This document shows positions 8,473 to 21,291 of a stretch of DNA of 64,000 nt, piece after piece. The stretch is from Planctomycetaceae bacterium (GTDB lineage: Bacteria > Planctomycetota > Phycisphaerae > Phycisphaerales > UBA1924): NCBI GenBank assembly GCA_021294835.1, contig JAJTDF010000007.1, forward strand, positions 6,341-70,340, in the 5' to 3' direction. Each line of letters starts with the position of its first letter. Positions within the stretch are counted from its first letter, which is position 1. A program made the position numbers and the translations under genes. The notes beneath the pieces were generated by a model. The model was not told where the DNA came from. It made no database searches and saw only the letters and a list, made by a program, of their open reading frames with translations.

Positions 8473-9692
8473 TCACTTGCCCGGGTGTTCCGGTGAGGCC
8501 TCCCGCCAGGCGGCGAGCAACGCCTCCAGCACCTCGTCGGCACCTTCGGTGGGCAGCAGCCGGCCTTCGGCGACCGCCAGCCGCGCTGCGTCCCACGCCT
8601 GGGTGGCCTTGTCAGAGCGGCTGAGCAGGGCGTGCAGGCCCTGGCGAACCAGCCCGTCCAGCCAGGCGACGGCCTGTCGGCGGCGACGCTCGGCCAGAGC
8701 GCCGCTCGCGCGAGCGGTCTGCACGCGGGCGTCGACCGCCTGCCAGACGGTGTCGATGTGCTCGCCGTTGAGCGCGCTGCAGGTGAGCACGACGGGTGGC
8801 GGCGTGTCGGTGTTCTCGGCGGCGCCGGCGGCGGCGTGCATCATCCGCAGGGCGCTTTGGTACTCCGCGGCGGCGAGCTTGGCCCGAGTGGCCAGAACAC
8901 CGTCGGCCTTGTTCACGGCGATCACGTCGACCAGTTCAAGCAGCCCCCGCTTGATGCCCTGGAGTTCATCGCCGCCACCGGGGACGGCGAGCGCGAGCAG
9001 CACGTCGGTCATGTCGGCGACGGCGGTCTCGGACTGGCCCACGCCGACGGTTTCGATGAGGATGACGTCAAAGCCCGCGGCCTCGCACAGCAGCATGGTC
9101 TCGCGGGTGGTGCGGGCGACACCGCCGAGGTGGCCGGCGGTGGGGGAGGGGCGGATGAAGGCCTGCGGGCAGGCGGACAACTGCGTCATGCGGGTGCGGT
9201 CGCCCATGACCGAACCGCCGGAGACGGCGCTGGAGGGATCGACCGCGAGCACGGCGACGCGGTGACCCTGCTCGACCAGCAGCAGGCCAAGGCGCTCAAT
9301 GAAAGTGGACTTGCCGGCCCCGGGTACGCCGGTGATGCCCACGCGGGTGGTGGAGATGCCGTTGGCGGCGGTAGCGGCGAGGGTGCGGAGCAGGTCTCGT
9401 GCGGCGGCGCGGTGGGCGGGGAGCGTGGATTCCACCAGCGACACAGCGCGGCCAAGAGCCATGCGGTCGCCGACGCGGAGGCGGTCGGCGAGTTGCTGCG
9501 GGGCGAGGGCGGGCGGACGGGGGCGGGGGCGTGGCGATGGCGCCGACGGATCGGTCGGCGGGACGGCGCCATTTGCGGCCGGGGCGGCCGGCTGGGATGC
9601 GGGCGCGACAGAAAGCCCGAAGCCCATCGCGGGGGGCGAGGGGGGTGAGGGGGGCAAGGGGGGGTGGGCCGGCGGGTTGGTGCCCGGTGCGG

Positions 9693-9696
<4 letters not shown>
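8473..9696 (-). CDS. meaB: Methylmalonyl-CoA mutase-associated GTPase MeaB (ArgK family)
   Basis: G1 motif [49 protein letters not shown] and NKAD. The ATG at 9696 overlaps the mutB stop (ATGA). Pro-rich N-terminal extension of about 70 aa. Confidence 0.9.
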
Positions 9697-11956
<2,260 letters not shown>

Positions 11957-11960
<4 letters not shown>

Positions 11961-14119
11961 GAGAGGGCCCCTTGCTCGGTGAGCAGCGAGGAGAGAACGG
12001 CGACGACATCGCACTTGACGAAGATGAAGCGGTCAACCCCGGCCTGGCGGTAGAGCGTTTCTTTGTCACCCGGGTTGCCGGCCAGCAGCACGGTGCGGGC
12101 GCCGGCGGCGTGCAGCGCCGGGGCCAGTTTGGGCACCAGCTCGGGGTACTGGGCGTCGGAGGCGCAGATCACGGCGATGGCGGCACCGTCAGTGGCGAGT
12201 GCCGCGGCGGCGGCCTCCACGGAGGCGAAGCCGTCGTGCACTTCGGGGACAAAGCCGCCGGCCTGGAGCAGGTTGCGTGCGAAGTTCGTGCGGGCCAGGT
12301 GCTGGGCGGGGGTGCCCATGCTGGCCAGGAAGGCCCGCGGGCGGGCGCCGCACTGCTGGGCGTAGCGGTCGGCGGCCTCGCGGAGCCGCTCGAAAGGCTC
12401 GGCATACGGATGCACGGCGATGGGCGTGACCGAAGCGGGCACCGAGCGGCGGTCCAGGGCCGAGGCGATCTGGCCGAGGGTGGCGCCGGCGAGGGCGGCG
12501 TGGAAGGCGCGGTCGGTGAGCGTGCCGAAGCGTTCATCGCTGCGCGGGGCCAGGGCCGAAGCGACGGAGGCGGGTGGCACCGAGGCGCGGTGGGCCTGTG
12601 TCGCCTGGGCCGCGGTACGGGCCAGCGCGGCGCGGTCCACGGTGGGCGCGGTGGGCAGGGCCTCATCAATGTTGGGGAACTCGCTGACGCCCAGCACCGC
12701 GTCCTTGCGGACGGCGATGTTGCGCAGGCGGGGCTGCACCGCGGCGTCGATCTGCTGGGCGACCCAGCCGTCCTGCAGGGAGCGTGCCATGCCGCCCCGG
12801 GCCTCGATCTTCTGGAACAGGCCCCAGGCCAGTTCGGCGAGCGAATCGGTGAGCCACTCGATGTACCACGAGCCGCCGGCGGGGTCGTTCACGCGGTGCA
12901 GGTGGCTCTCTTCGGTGAGAATCAGCGGGGTGTTGCGGGCGATGCGGCGGCCCATCTCTGACGGATCGCCCAGCAACGCATCAAACGGCACGCTGCCGAC
13001 GGCTGAGGCCCCGGCAACGCCGGCGGCGAACACGCACGCGGTGTTGCGGAGGATGTTCACCCACGGGTCGCGGGTGGCCAGCACCCGCTTGCTGGGGCGA
13101 ACGTGCATGTCCATCCCGGCGTGCGAGGCGGGAACCGAGCAGGCCTCGGCAACGCGGGCCCACAGGCGGCGGGCGGCCCGCAGCTTGGCGATGGCCAGGA
13201 AGACGTGACAGCCGGTGGCGTAGGAGAAGGTCATCTGCCCGGCGGCGGCCGAGATGGGCAGGCCGGCGGCGGTCATGGCCCGCAGATACTCCACGGCGGT
13301 GGCCATGGAGAAGGCCAGGTCCTGCGTGGCGGTGGCGCCGGCGTGGTGGTACGCAGCGGTGCCCACGCGGACGGCCCGCACGGTGGCATGGTCGTTGGCC
13401 ACGTAGCGGCCGGCGGCCCAGATCGCCAGATCGGCCAGGCGACGCAGACCTTCGTCCACCGAGTACGGCAGGTGACCGTCGCGGGCCAGCACGGCCAGCG
13501 GATCAGCCCCGAAGCCGCCCTTGCACTTGGCCGGCTCAAGCCCGACACGCTGCCAATGGGCGGCGAGCTCGCCCGCGGATTCGATGAACGCGGCGCCGGG
13601 CTCAAGCCACACCCCGATGGCGCCCGGGTGCACGCCGGAGAGCACCTCGGCCCAGTCGGCCGGGCGGCTGAGTGAGATGCCGTCGCGGCCGACTGAAGGG
13701 CCGGCCCGCAGGTCGTCCGCGTCCAGACCGTTGCGGCCGGCGAGATCGAGCCGCAGCAAGGCCGAGGTGGCGCCGTGCAGCAGATCGGCCAGCAGGTGGC
13801 CGTTGGCGGTGGCGGGGCAGGGGTCGGTGATCTCCTGACGGATGTCCCAGCCGACGGTGCCCTCGGGGGATGCGACCGCGGCGCCGCCGGGCAGGCTGCC
13901 CCGCGTGAACGGTGGCTGGCCGGAGAAGCCGGATGGGTCGCCATCGGGTGGCCAGTCCGCCCGGGTGTACAGGGGCTTGATGTCCAGGCCTTCGTAGGTG
14001 TGGGTGATCAGTTTGCGTTCAAACGGGGCCCCGGCGAGGTCCTGATCCACCAGCCGACGCCAGTCCTGCAGGCTGGTTTGGGCAAAGGCCTTGGCTGAGG
14101 GGAGCGTCGTGGGCAGCAT
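11957..14119 (-). CDS. mutA: Methylmalonyl-CoA mutase small (beta) subunit
   Basis: ATG at 14119 preceded by GGAGAA. The N-terminus (W..L...DL.GAPFE.KL...TYEGL.IKPLYT..D) and overall mutase-fold similarity fit the small subunit, and it has no DxHxxG cobalamin motif. Translationally coupled to mutB. Confidence 0.85.
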
Positions 14120-14541
14120 CGTCGTTCTCCTTCGCATTCCCCGTGGGTATAGGGCCGGGGCAGGTGCTCCCACATGCGGGTCACCCGGCGGCACGGCCTG
14201 TGGGAGCCGGGGGCCCGCGGGTGGGGCGGTGGGTGGCGTGCTGGGCGGGCCAGCCGAACCCGATCAATGGTACCTCATCTTGGCCAATTGGCGACTTCAT
14301 GGTCATCAATTCACTAATCAGTGGGGCGTGAACCGGTGTCAAATCACCCTGAATGGGTGTATTCATCTGGGGTGCCTGGCCGGCGGATGGCAAAACAGCG
14401 GGCTTTGGGGGCCACACGGGACGGGCGAGGGCCTGGGGGGAGTGTGGCGGCGAACTGGTGGGCTAGCCTCGCGCGGTGTGGCTGACAACTGGCGGGCAGG
14501 GCACCCGGGCGTGGCTGGGGATCGGAGGTGTGGGCCGAGCA
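14120..14541. promoter_or_regulatory. Divergent intergenic region (mutA operon leftward, dinB rightward)
   Basis: A 422-nt gap between divergently transcribed genes. It contains the most AT-rich stretch of this neighbourhood (about 14265-14370). I recognised no defined operator or riboswitch motif. Confidence 0.3.
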
Positions 14542-15798
14542 ATGCAGCGGGTCATTCTTCATGTTGATATGGACGCGTTCTTCGCGTCAGTGGAGCAGCG
14601 GGACGACCCGGTGTTGCGGGGCAAGCCGGTGCTGGTGGGCGGCAGCGCCGGACGCGGGGTGGTGACGGCGGCGAGTTACGAAGCCCGGCGGTTTGGCTGC
14701 CGCAGCGCCATGCCGATGGCGCAGGCGCTGCGGCTGTGCCCGCAGGCGGTGTGCGTGAAGGGGCGGCACGGGGTATACGGCGAGGTGAGCCGGCAGGTGA
14801 TGGAGGTGCTGGCGGGGATCTCGCCGGATGTGCAGAAGGTGAGCGTGGACGAGGCGTATGTGGACTGCACCGGTGTGACGCGGCTGTGGGGGGACGGCCC
14901 GGCGATCGCGCAACTTGTCCGCAGCCGGGTGCGCGAGGCGGTGGACCTGCCGTGCTCGGTGGGCATCGGGCCCAACAAGTTCCTCGCCAAGGTGGCCAGC
15001 GATCTGGCCAAGCCCGACGGCTGGCGGGAGATCACGGCGCAGGCCGCAGCGGCAACGCTGGCCCCGCTGCCGGTGACGGTGCTTCGTGGGGTGGGCCCCG
15101 CGGCGGCGGAGCGGCTGGCCAAACTGCGGGTGCGGACGGTGGCGGACTATCTGGCGACGGACCTGGGCATGCTGCGTCGGGCGTTTGGCGAGCAGGCCGA
15201 GGTGTGGGCGCGGATGGCCGTGGGGCACGATGACCGGCCGGTGGCGGTGCGTGGGGAGGCCGCCAAGAGCATCGGCAAGGAGCAGACTTTCTCGGAAGAT
15301 GTGGGTGATCCGGAGCGGCTGCGGGCGACGCTGCTGGCCCAGTGCGAGGCGGTGGCGCGGCACCTGCGGGCGGACGGCCTGCGGGCCAGGACGGTGACGA
15401 TCAAGGTCCGGCTGGCCGACTTCAGCACGTTCACGCGGTCGCGGACGATGGACGAGCCTGCGGACACCACCGAGCGGATATGGCGGACGGCAGCGGAACT
15501 GCTGGAGGAGTGGGTGGCGGCCAACCCGGCGCCGGCGACGGACGCGACCGGGGCAAGGGGTGTTCGCGGGCATACGCGGGCGTTGCGGCTCTTGGGAGTG
15601 AGCCTGCACGAACTGACCGACCAGGCGCAGTTGGGGCTGTTTGACCAGCCGGACGCTGAGCGGCTGGAGAAGGTGGATCGGGTGGCTGATGCGATCGCGG
15701 AGCGGTTCGGGAAGGAGGCCATCGGGCGGGCGAGGGCCATCGGCGGGGGCCGCAAACACAAACGCCCAGGCGGGGGGCCGGGGCGGGTGGAGGGCTGA
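14542..15798 (+). CDS. dinB: DNA polymerase IV (Y-family)
   Basis: ATG at 14542 gives the canonical N-terminus MQRVILHVDMDAFFASVEQRDDP.LRGKPV.VGG....GVV.AASYEAR.FG..SAMP. SVDEAY.D motif present. A little-finger region follows, then a basic C-terminal extension. Confidence 0.9.
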   Translation: MQRVILHVDMDAFFASVEQRDDPVLRGKPVLVGGSAGRGVVTAASYEARRFGCRSAMPMAQALRLCPQAVCVKGRHGVYGEVSRQVMEVLAGISPDVQKVSVDEAYVDCTGVTRLWGDGPAIAQLVRSRVREAVDLPCSVGIGPNKFLAKVASDLAKPDGWREITAQAAAATLAPLPVTVLRGVGPAAAERLAKLRVRTVADYLATDLGMLRRAFGEQAEVWARMAVGHDDRPVAVRGEAAKSIGKEQTFSEDVGDPERLRATLLAQCEAVARHLRADGLRARTVTIKVRLADFSTFTRSRTMDEPADTTERIWRTAAELLEEWVAANPAPATDATGARGVRGHTRALRLLGVSLHELTDQAQLGLFDQPDAERLEKVDRVADAIAERFGKEAIGRARAIGGGRKHKRPGGGPGRVEG

Positions 15799-15843
15799 CG
15801 GGACTGACAGCGCCGCAGGCTCGCGGGCAGCCGGCCGGGTGGA

Positions 15844-18800
15844 TCAGGCGACCACCGGGACGCTAAGTGAACGGAGGGTGATGCCGCCTTGCAGGTCCAC
15901 GATGCGGGCGAAGAAGGTGATGTTCTGGCCGACGAAGGAGGTCGGCAGGATGGAGCCGACGAAGCCCAGTTCCCAGTTGGTGGCCCCGGGGTTGGAGCCG
16001 GACTGCCGGAACGCGTTGCCGATCAGGCGGTCGGTGGTCTGGAACTGGCCGTCGCCGACGGCGGTGCCGTTGCGGTCGAACCAGATCTCGACGCGGGAGA
16101 TGCCGCGGTTGTCGGGGTCGAGCGCACCGGCCAGGCGGAGGAAGTTGTTGCCGGAGCGGGAGAAGGTGGAGGGGCCGAGGGTGGTGAAGGAGGTGGAGGT
16201 GGGCAACGCGTTGACCGGCACGGCGGTGGTGGAGGCCCGGGCTGTCGAGGCGGTGGTGTCGTTGTCGGTGGCGACAGCGAAGAAGCGGTTGACGATGGTC
16301 GAGTCCAGGCCGATGGCCAGGCCCGAATCGGCGGCGGTGGAGATCTGCGAGCCGAGCACGGTGACCTTCCAGTTGCCCGCGGACGATGTGTCCTCGCCGA
16401 GGAGTTGGTCAGTTGCGTTGTCGAATACGCCGTTGCGATTGGTGTCAAAGTAGAAGCGGACGCGGGAGATCGTTCCGTCGCTGTCGCTCGGGGTGGCGGT
16501 GAGGGTGACCGAGCCATTGGTTCCCAGAGTGGCCAGGGTGGAAGAGACTGTCAGTGCGGAGACGGCGGGGGCGATGTTGGTGACGGTGATGGTGGCGACG
16601 GCGAGTTGATCGCCGAAGCCCAGGCCGCCGAGGTTGTCCACGGCGCGGGCGATGATGTCGTTGTCGCCAGTGGCGAAGCCGGCGGTGGGGATGTTGTTCA
16701 AGGTCCAGGTGGCCGAAGGGCCGGTGCCGGAGCGTACACCGTTGCCCAGCAGCTGGTCACTGGAGGTGATCAGGCCGTCATTGTTGACGTCGCGCCAGAA
16801 TTCCACGCGGGCGACGGTTTCGCCGGCATCAGCCGAGGTCGTGATGCCGGAGGCGGTCGCGTTGAATCGCTGCAGCCGTGCGATGGAGGCGACCGAGGTT
16901 GTCACCGCATCGACGGCGGGGGCGTTGTTCACGCGCAGCGGGACGGCCGTGAGCCGGGGGACGGACTGTGCGTTGTCGTTGTCGACGGCGACGGCGAGGA
17001 AGCGGTTGGGGGCGGTTGAGCCGAGGCCAACGCCCAGCCCCGAGGTGATGGCGGAGAGGTTGATCACGGCCTTCCATCCGCCGGAGGCGGAGGTGTCCTC
17101 GCCGAGGAGTTGGTCGCTGCCGCTGTCGAAGACGCCGTTGGCGTTGGTGTCGAAGTAGAAGCGGACGCGAGCGACGGTTCCATCGGCATCGGCCGGTGAG
17201 GCGGTGAGGGTGACGGATCCATCCACGCCGGTGTTCGCCTGGGTGGGCGACACGGTCAGGGATGTGAGGGTGGGAGCGAGGTTGGTGACGGCGAGGGTGG
17301 CCGAGCCGAGCTGGTCGCCGGCGCTGGAGGCGCCGGCGCTGTCGAAAGCCCGGGCGAGGATGGCGTTGTTGCCGGTGGCAAAGCCCGCGGTGCTCACGTT
17401 GTTGAGCGTCCAGACCGCCGTGGGGCCGGTGCCTGAGCGAACGCCGTTGCCGAGCAGGCGGTCGGCCGAGGTAATCTGGCCGTCGTTGTTGACATCCCGC
17501 CAGAACTCGACGCGGGTGATGTTCGCCGGGCCGGTGATGTCGGTGGCCGACACGCTGAAGTTCTGCAGGCGGGCCAGTGAGGTGGGGTTCACGGTGACAG
17601 TGCCGACGGCGGGCGCCGTGAGCACGCGAAGCTGCGCGGAGAGCAGGGCGTTGCTGGCGCCGAGCGCGGCCGGGCCGTCGTTGTCAATGGCGACGGCGAA
17701 GAAGCGGTTGGCGGCGGCGGGGATGCCGACCGTGCCGACGAACAGGCCGCTGCCGCCGGTGATGCCGTCCAGCGACTGAGCCCACGTGAAGCCGTTGGCG
17801 GGTGTGGCGTCTTCACCGAGGAACTGGTCGGCGTTCGGTCCACTGGTGGTCAGGACGCCGTCGCGGTTTGAATCGAAGTAAAAGCGGATACTGGCAATGG
17901 TCCCGTCGGCGTCGACGGCGCGGGCGGTCAGGGTGATGGTGGAGAAGGCCGACGGAGCGGTGGTGGGGGAGAAAGTGACGGCGGTAACCGACGGCGTGAG
18001 GTTGTTGACCGTGGCCGTGGTTGTGACGACCGAACTGAGGGCGTTATTGCTGTCGACGGCCCGCACGAAGAACGTGTTTACGCCGGCGGAGAAGCTGCTG
18101 GTGTTGGCGTTGAAGGTCCAGCCGCCGGCGGAGGAGGTGTCCGATCCAAGCAGCTTGTCGGTGCCGGCTTCGAAGGTGCCGTTGCCGTTGGTGTCGCGCC
18201 AGAACTCCACTCGGGCGATGCCGGCGTCATCGGTGACTCCGGTTGCGGTGATGGTCAGGGTGCTGCGGCGGAAGACGGTCGGGGCCGAGGCGGCGGCGAC
18301 GACGGGGGCCGCGTTGATCCGCAGGGTGGCGACGGCCGGTGTTGAGTCGGCGTTCTCCTGATCGCGGGCGATGGCGAAGATGGTGTAGGTGCCGGGAGTG
18401 AGCGATCCGTCGGCGAAGGCGGCGTTGGTGCTGGTGAGGCGGTAGGTGCTGGAGGTGCCGACGCGGGCGGCATCGCCCAGAAGCTTGTCGACGCCTTCGT
18501 TCCAGACGCCGTTGTTGTTGGTGTCGGCGAAGAAGGCCACCCCGCCGATGCCGTTGCCGCTGAGGGGGTCGCGGTCGGAAGCGGTGACCGAGAAGGTGAT
18601 CTGCTGGCTGTTGCTGGTGAGAACGGCGGTCGAGAGCGTGAAGTTGGAGACGGTCGGCGGGTTGTTGATGATCTGCACGATCACCGAACCGAGTTGCTCG
18701 GTCAGCGAGACAGTGCGGTTGCCCAGGCCGACGACGGTGTTGTTGCCGTCCGCGAATCGCGCGAAGGAGGAGGAGATGGTCAGCGTCCAGCGTCCGTTGA

Positions 18801-20721
18801 TCAGGCGAACGGTTCCGGGGAGCTGCTCGTCGATGCCGGGATCGGCCAGGCCGTTGTCATTGGTGTCGTAGAAGAAGCGGACGGACTGGAAGCCGCCGCC
18901 GGCGGTGGAGATGTTCTCCACTTCAACGGCGAAATTGGAGTTGCGGGTGACCGGGTTGGGCGTCGCGGTCATGGCCCGTACGGTCAATTCGAAGGTGCGG
19001 GCGACGGAGGTTCGCCCGGCGGAGTCGGTGGCGACGGCAAAGAGGCGGTTGACGCCCCGGGTGAAGTTGCCGGTGACGGCGGAGTTCAGATTGGCGGTGA
19101 AGGTGCCGCCAGTGCCGGTGGTGGTGGTGGCCAAAAGGGCGTCGGTGCCCTGGTCGAACTGGCCGTTGCTGTTGGTGTCGCGGAAGAAGCGAACTTCGGT
19201 GATGGTGCCGCCCGGGGTGAGGGTGGTGACGCCGCCGGCGGTGAGCGTGACCGGCTGGCCGGGTGCGCCCAGCGGCGACGGGTTGGCGGTGAAGGTGCCG
19301 ACCTCCACCGGCGTGGAGCGGACGACGTTGACCGTCACGGCGACGGGGTTGGACAGGTTGCCCGCCGAGTCGGTGGCCTGTGCGAACAGACGGTTGTTGC
19401 CGACGGTGAAGCTGTTGGTGACCGCATTGAGCGTCCAGCCGCCGTCGGCGGAAGTGTCCTCGCCGAGGTTGGCGTCGCCGTTATCCAGCAGGCCGTTGTT
19501 GTTGGTGTCGCGGAAGAAGGTGACGCGGGCGATGCTTCCGCCCCCGATGGTGGTGGCGGGGTTGTTGCCGGTGAGGGTCAGCGGGGCGCCGGCGTATTGC
19601 AGCGTCGCTGTTGAAGCCGTGACCGACTCCATCGACGCGGGGCTGACGGTGAACTCATCGGTCACCTCGGTGCCATCAGCGTCGGAGATCACACGGACGC
19701 TGACAACCGCGTCGGCGGTGCGATTGGCGCCGTAGGTGAGTTGCAACTGACCTTGTGCATTCACGGTGGCTTGCACCACTGAGGCGTCGGAACTGGTGAC
19801 GATGTAGCGGAGTTCGTTGACCTGCGTGATGTTGGTCACTGAGACGAAGCTCTCAGGCTGAATATTGACCGTGGGTGGCAGGGTGGCGGGCAGGCCGGTG
19901 AGCGGCAGTTCACCCAGAGCGTTGTTGCCGTAGAAGTTGGAGGCGTTGTACACCGGCACGCCCGCCATTTCGTCCACGATGGTCATGCCGTTGCCGACAA
20001 CGCGGCCGAAGACCGTGAAGCCGCCGTTCTGGTTGTTCAGGTTGGCGGCGTTGTTGCCGAGGTTGAAGAAGAACTGGTTGGAGGCGCTGTTCGGATCGCC
20101 CCCGAGCTTGGCCATGGCGATGGTGCCCCGGACGTTGGAGTTGCCCGGTTCGTTGAGGACGGTGGGGAGCGTGGTGATGGGCCCGGTCGGCTCGCCCTCC
20201 GGCCCGGCGACGTTGCTGGGCGCAGTGGGGCGTCGGAATCCGCCGCCCTGCAGCACGAAGGGGATTCCGCCCTGCAGGTTGGCCCGCCGATGGAAGATGG
20301 TGTTGGAGTATGTCCACGTGCCGTTGGATGGATTGGTGTACTGCAGGAAGTTGGCGACCGTCAGCGGGGTGGTGCGGGTGCGGTCCGGGCCCGTCTGGTC
20401 GAACAGTTCGACGTAGAAGGTGCGGTTGTTGTTGCCGAAGTTCACGTCCCAGCGGACGATGCTGCCGGTGAAGTTGGCGTTGTCGTAACGGGGACCGAGG
20501 TTGATGGTCTGGTTGGGCGTCGAGGGCGACAGTGTCACATCAGGCAGCGGGTTGAGGATGCTCACCGAAAGCAATTGCCGCGATTCGAGCCCTTCAAGCA
20601 TCGCTGGCTGAGTGTCGGCAGGTGCCGACGAGGCGACGCGGGCGGCGCCAGCGGCGCGGAGCATGGCCCGGAGACGAGAGGCGAAGGAGCGGGGAGTGCC
20701 GGCGGAGGAATCGGTGAACAT
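15844..20721 (-). CDS. Giant secreted protein (1625 aa): N-terminal cyclophilin-type peptidyl-prolyl isomerase domain followed by about eleven Ig-like/Ca-binding-loop repeat modules
   Basis: ATG at 20721 (MFTDSSAG...). N-terminal motif LEGLESRQLLS. Cyclophilin motifs (TV.NFL.Y, FHR....F.LQGGGF, GT.AMAK.G.DPNSA.NQFFFNL, FTVFGRV..GM..VD). Then repeated modules of the type V.F(F/W/Y).D.N.NG..D...D.LLG.D.S..GGW. Confidence 0.85.
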   Translation of the reverse strand: MFTDSSAGTPRSFASRLRAMLRAAGAARVASSAPADTQPAMLEGLESRQLLSVSILNPLPDVTLSPSTPNQTINLGPRYDNANFTGSIVRWDVNFGNNNRTFYVELFDQTGPDRTRTTPLTVANFLQYTNPSNGTWTYSNTIFHRRANLQGGIPFVLQGGGFRRPTAPSNVAGPEGEPTGPITTLPTVLNEPGNSNVRGTIAMAKLGGDPNSASNQFFFNLGNNAANLNNQNGGFTVFGRVVGNGMTIVDEMAGVPVYNASNFYGNNALGELPLTGLPATLPPTVNIQPESFVSVTNITQVNELRYIVTSSDASVVQATVNAQGQLQLTYGANRTADAVVSVRVISDADGTEVTDEFTVSPASMESVTASTATLQYAGAPLTLTGNNPATTIGGGSIARVTFFRDTNNNGLLDNGDANLGEDTSADGGWTLNAVTNSFTVGNNRLFAQATDSAGNLSNPVAVTVNVVRSTPVEVGTFTANPSPLGAPGQPVTLTAGGVTTLTPGGTITEVRFFRDTNSNGQFDQGTDALLATTTTGTGGTFTANLNSAVTGNFTRGVNRLFAVATDSAGRTSVARTFELTVRAMTATPNPVTRNSNFAVEVENISTAGGGFQSVRFFYDTNDNGLADPGIDEQLPGTVRLINGRWTLTISSSFARFADGNNTVVGLGNRTVSLTEQLGSVIVQIINNPPTVSNFTLSTAVLTSNSQQITFSVTASDRDPLSGNGIGGVAFFADTNNNGVWNEGVDKLLGDAARVGTSSTYRLTSTNAAFADGSLTPGTYTIFAIARDQENADSTPAVATLRINAAPVVAAASAPTVFRRSTLTITATGVTDDAGIARVEFWRDTNGNGTFEAGTDKLLGSDTSSAGGWTFNANTSSFSAGVNTFFVRAVDSNNALSSVVTTTATVNNLTPSVTAVTFSPTTAPSAFSTITLTARAVDADGTIASIRFYFDSNRDGVLTTSGPNADQFLGEDATPANGFTWAQSLDGITGGSGLFVGTVGIPAAANRFFAVAIDNDGPAALGASNALLSAQLRVLTAPAVGTVTVNPTSLARLQNFSVSATDITGPANITRVEFWRDVNNDGQITSADRLLGNGVRSGTGPTAVWTLNNVSTAGFATGNNAILARAFDSAGASSAGDQLGSATLAVTNLAPTLTSLTVSPTQANTGVDGSVTLTASPADADGTVARVRFYFDTNANGVFDSGSDQLLGEDTSASGGWKAVINLSAITSGLGVGLGSTAPNRFLAVAVDNDNAQSVPRLTAVPLRVNNAPAVDAVTTSVASIARLQRFNATASGITTSADAGETVARVEFWRDVNNDGLITSSDQLLGNGVRSGTGPSATWTLNNIPTAGFATGDNDIIARAVDNLGGLGFGDQLAVATITVTNIAPAVSALTVSSTLATLGTNGSVTLTATPSDSDGTISRVRFYFDTNRNGVFDNATDQLLGEDTSSAGNWKVTVLGSQISTAADSGLAIGLDSTIVNRFFAVATDNDTTASTARASTTAVPVNALPTSTSFTTLGPSTFSRSGNNFLRLAGALDPDNRGISRVEIWFDRNGTAVGDGQFQTTDRLIGNAFRQSGSNPGATNWELGFVGSILPTSFVGQNITFFARIVDLQGGITLRSLSVPVVA
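16213..17622 (-). repeat. Two tandem units of about 700 bp (each about 235 aa, two modules) inside the giant repeat protein
   Basis: Protein segments LTAPAVGTVTVNP...AVPLRV and NNAPAVDAVTT...AVPV are colinear and highly similar. Examples: RVEFWRDVNNDGQITSADRLLGNGVRSGTGPTAVWTLNN versus RVEFWRDVNNDGLITSSDQLLGNGVRSGTGPSATWTLNN, and RVRFYFDTNANGVFDSGSDQLLGEDTS versus RVRFYFDTNRNGVFDNATDQLLGEDTS. Confidence 0.8.
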
Positions 20722-21291
20722 GAAGACTCCAGAATCGAACGAAAGTGAAAGCGTGCTTGTTGGCGCGGATGGTGAGCGTGGTTTGGTCCACGCTGCCGGA
20801 CGGGAAGGGAACGCTATCGGTTCAGCGGCAGCGCCTGCCGTCGTGAAGCGCACCTCGTGCCCGAAAGCCAGATTCGCACCAGGAGGGACATCGGGTGCGA
20901 TGTTCGTAGAAAGGTTGGCATTTGTTCCGTGCCTGATGGTTGACCGGCCGGGAGAATAGGTAATCTGTCCACGCACACATCTTGCCTTGTCCTGCGTTTC
21001 GTGCCAAGTCTCGCCAAGCAAAAGCCGGCCCTGACAGTGGAAAGGTGCAGGGCTCGAAACGCGCAGGGTGGCCGGGATTGCCCGAAACCGGGAGGGGCGT
21101 GGAGACGCAGATGTAAACCCCCTCTTTGGGTTGTCCTGGCCAGCAGGGGTCGGGGATCGGCCCGGTCGAGATGGGCACGGCGGCGGCGGCTTCCCAGCGG
21201 CATCCCTGACTCGGGGTGAAGTTCAGGTCCGAACGCGGCCGGCGGTGTTTTTCGGACCATCGTTCGGCGGAGAGGCGGTAGACTGATCGAC

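Noticed and set aside
14195-14541. Possible cobalamin riboswitch upstream of the B12-dependent mutase operon
   Set aside because: I looked on both strands for the B12-box-like core (GCCACTG with the GGGAA...GGTG.AAATCC context) and did not find it. The partial resemblance at about 14320-14345 is on the wrong strand for mutA. B12-dependent enzymes are not typical riboswitch targets.
21030-21140. RNase P RNA-like string (GGAAAGGTGCAGGGCTCG...GAAAC)
   Set aside because: It lacks the universally conserved AGGAAAGTCCGGGC and the 3' ACAGAACCCGGCTTA elements. The resemblance is superficial.
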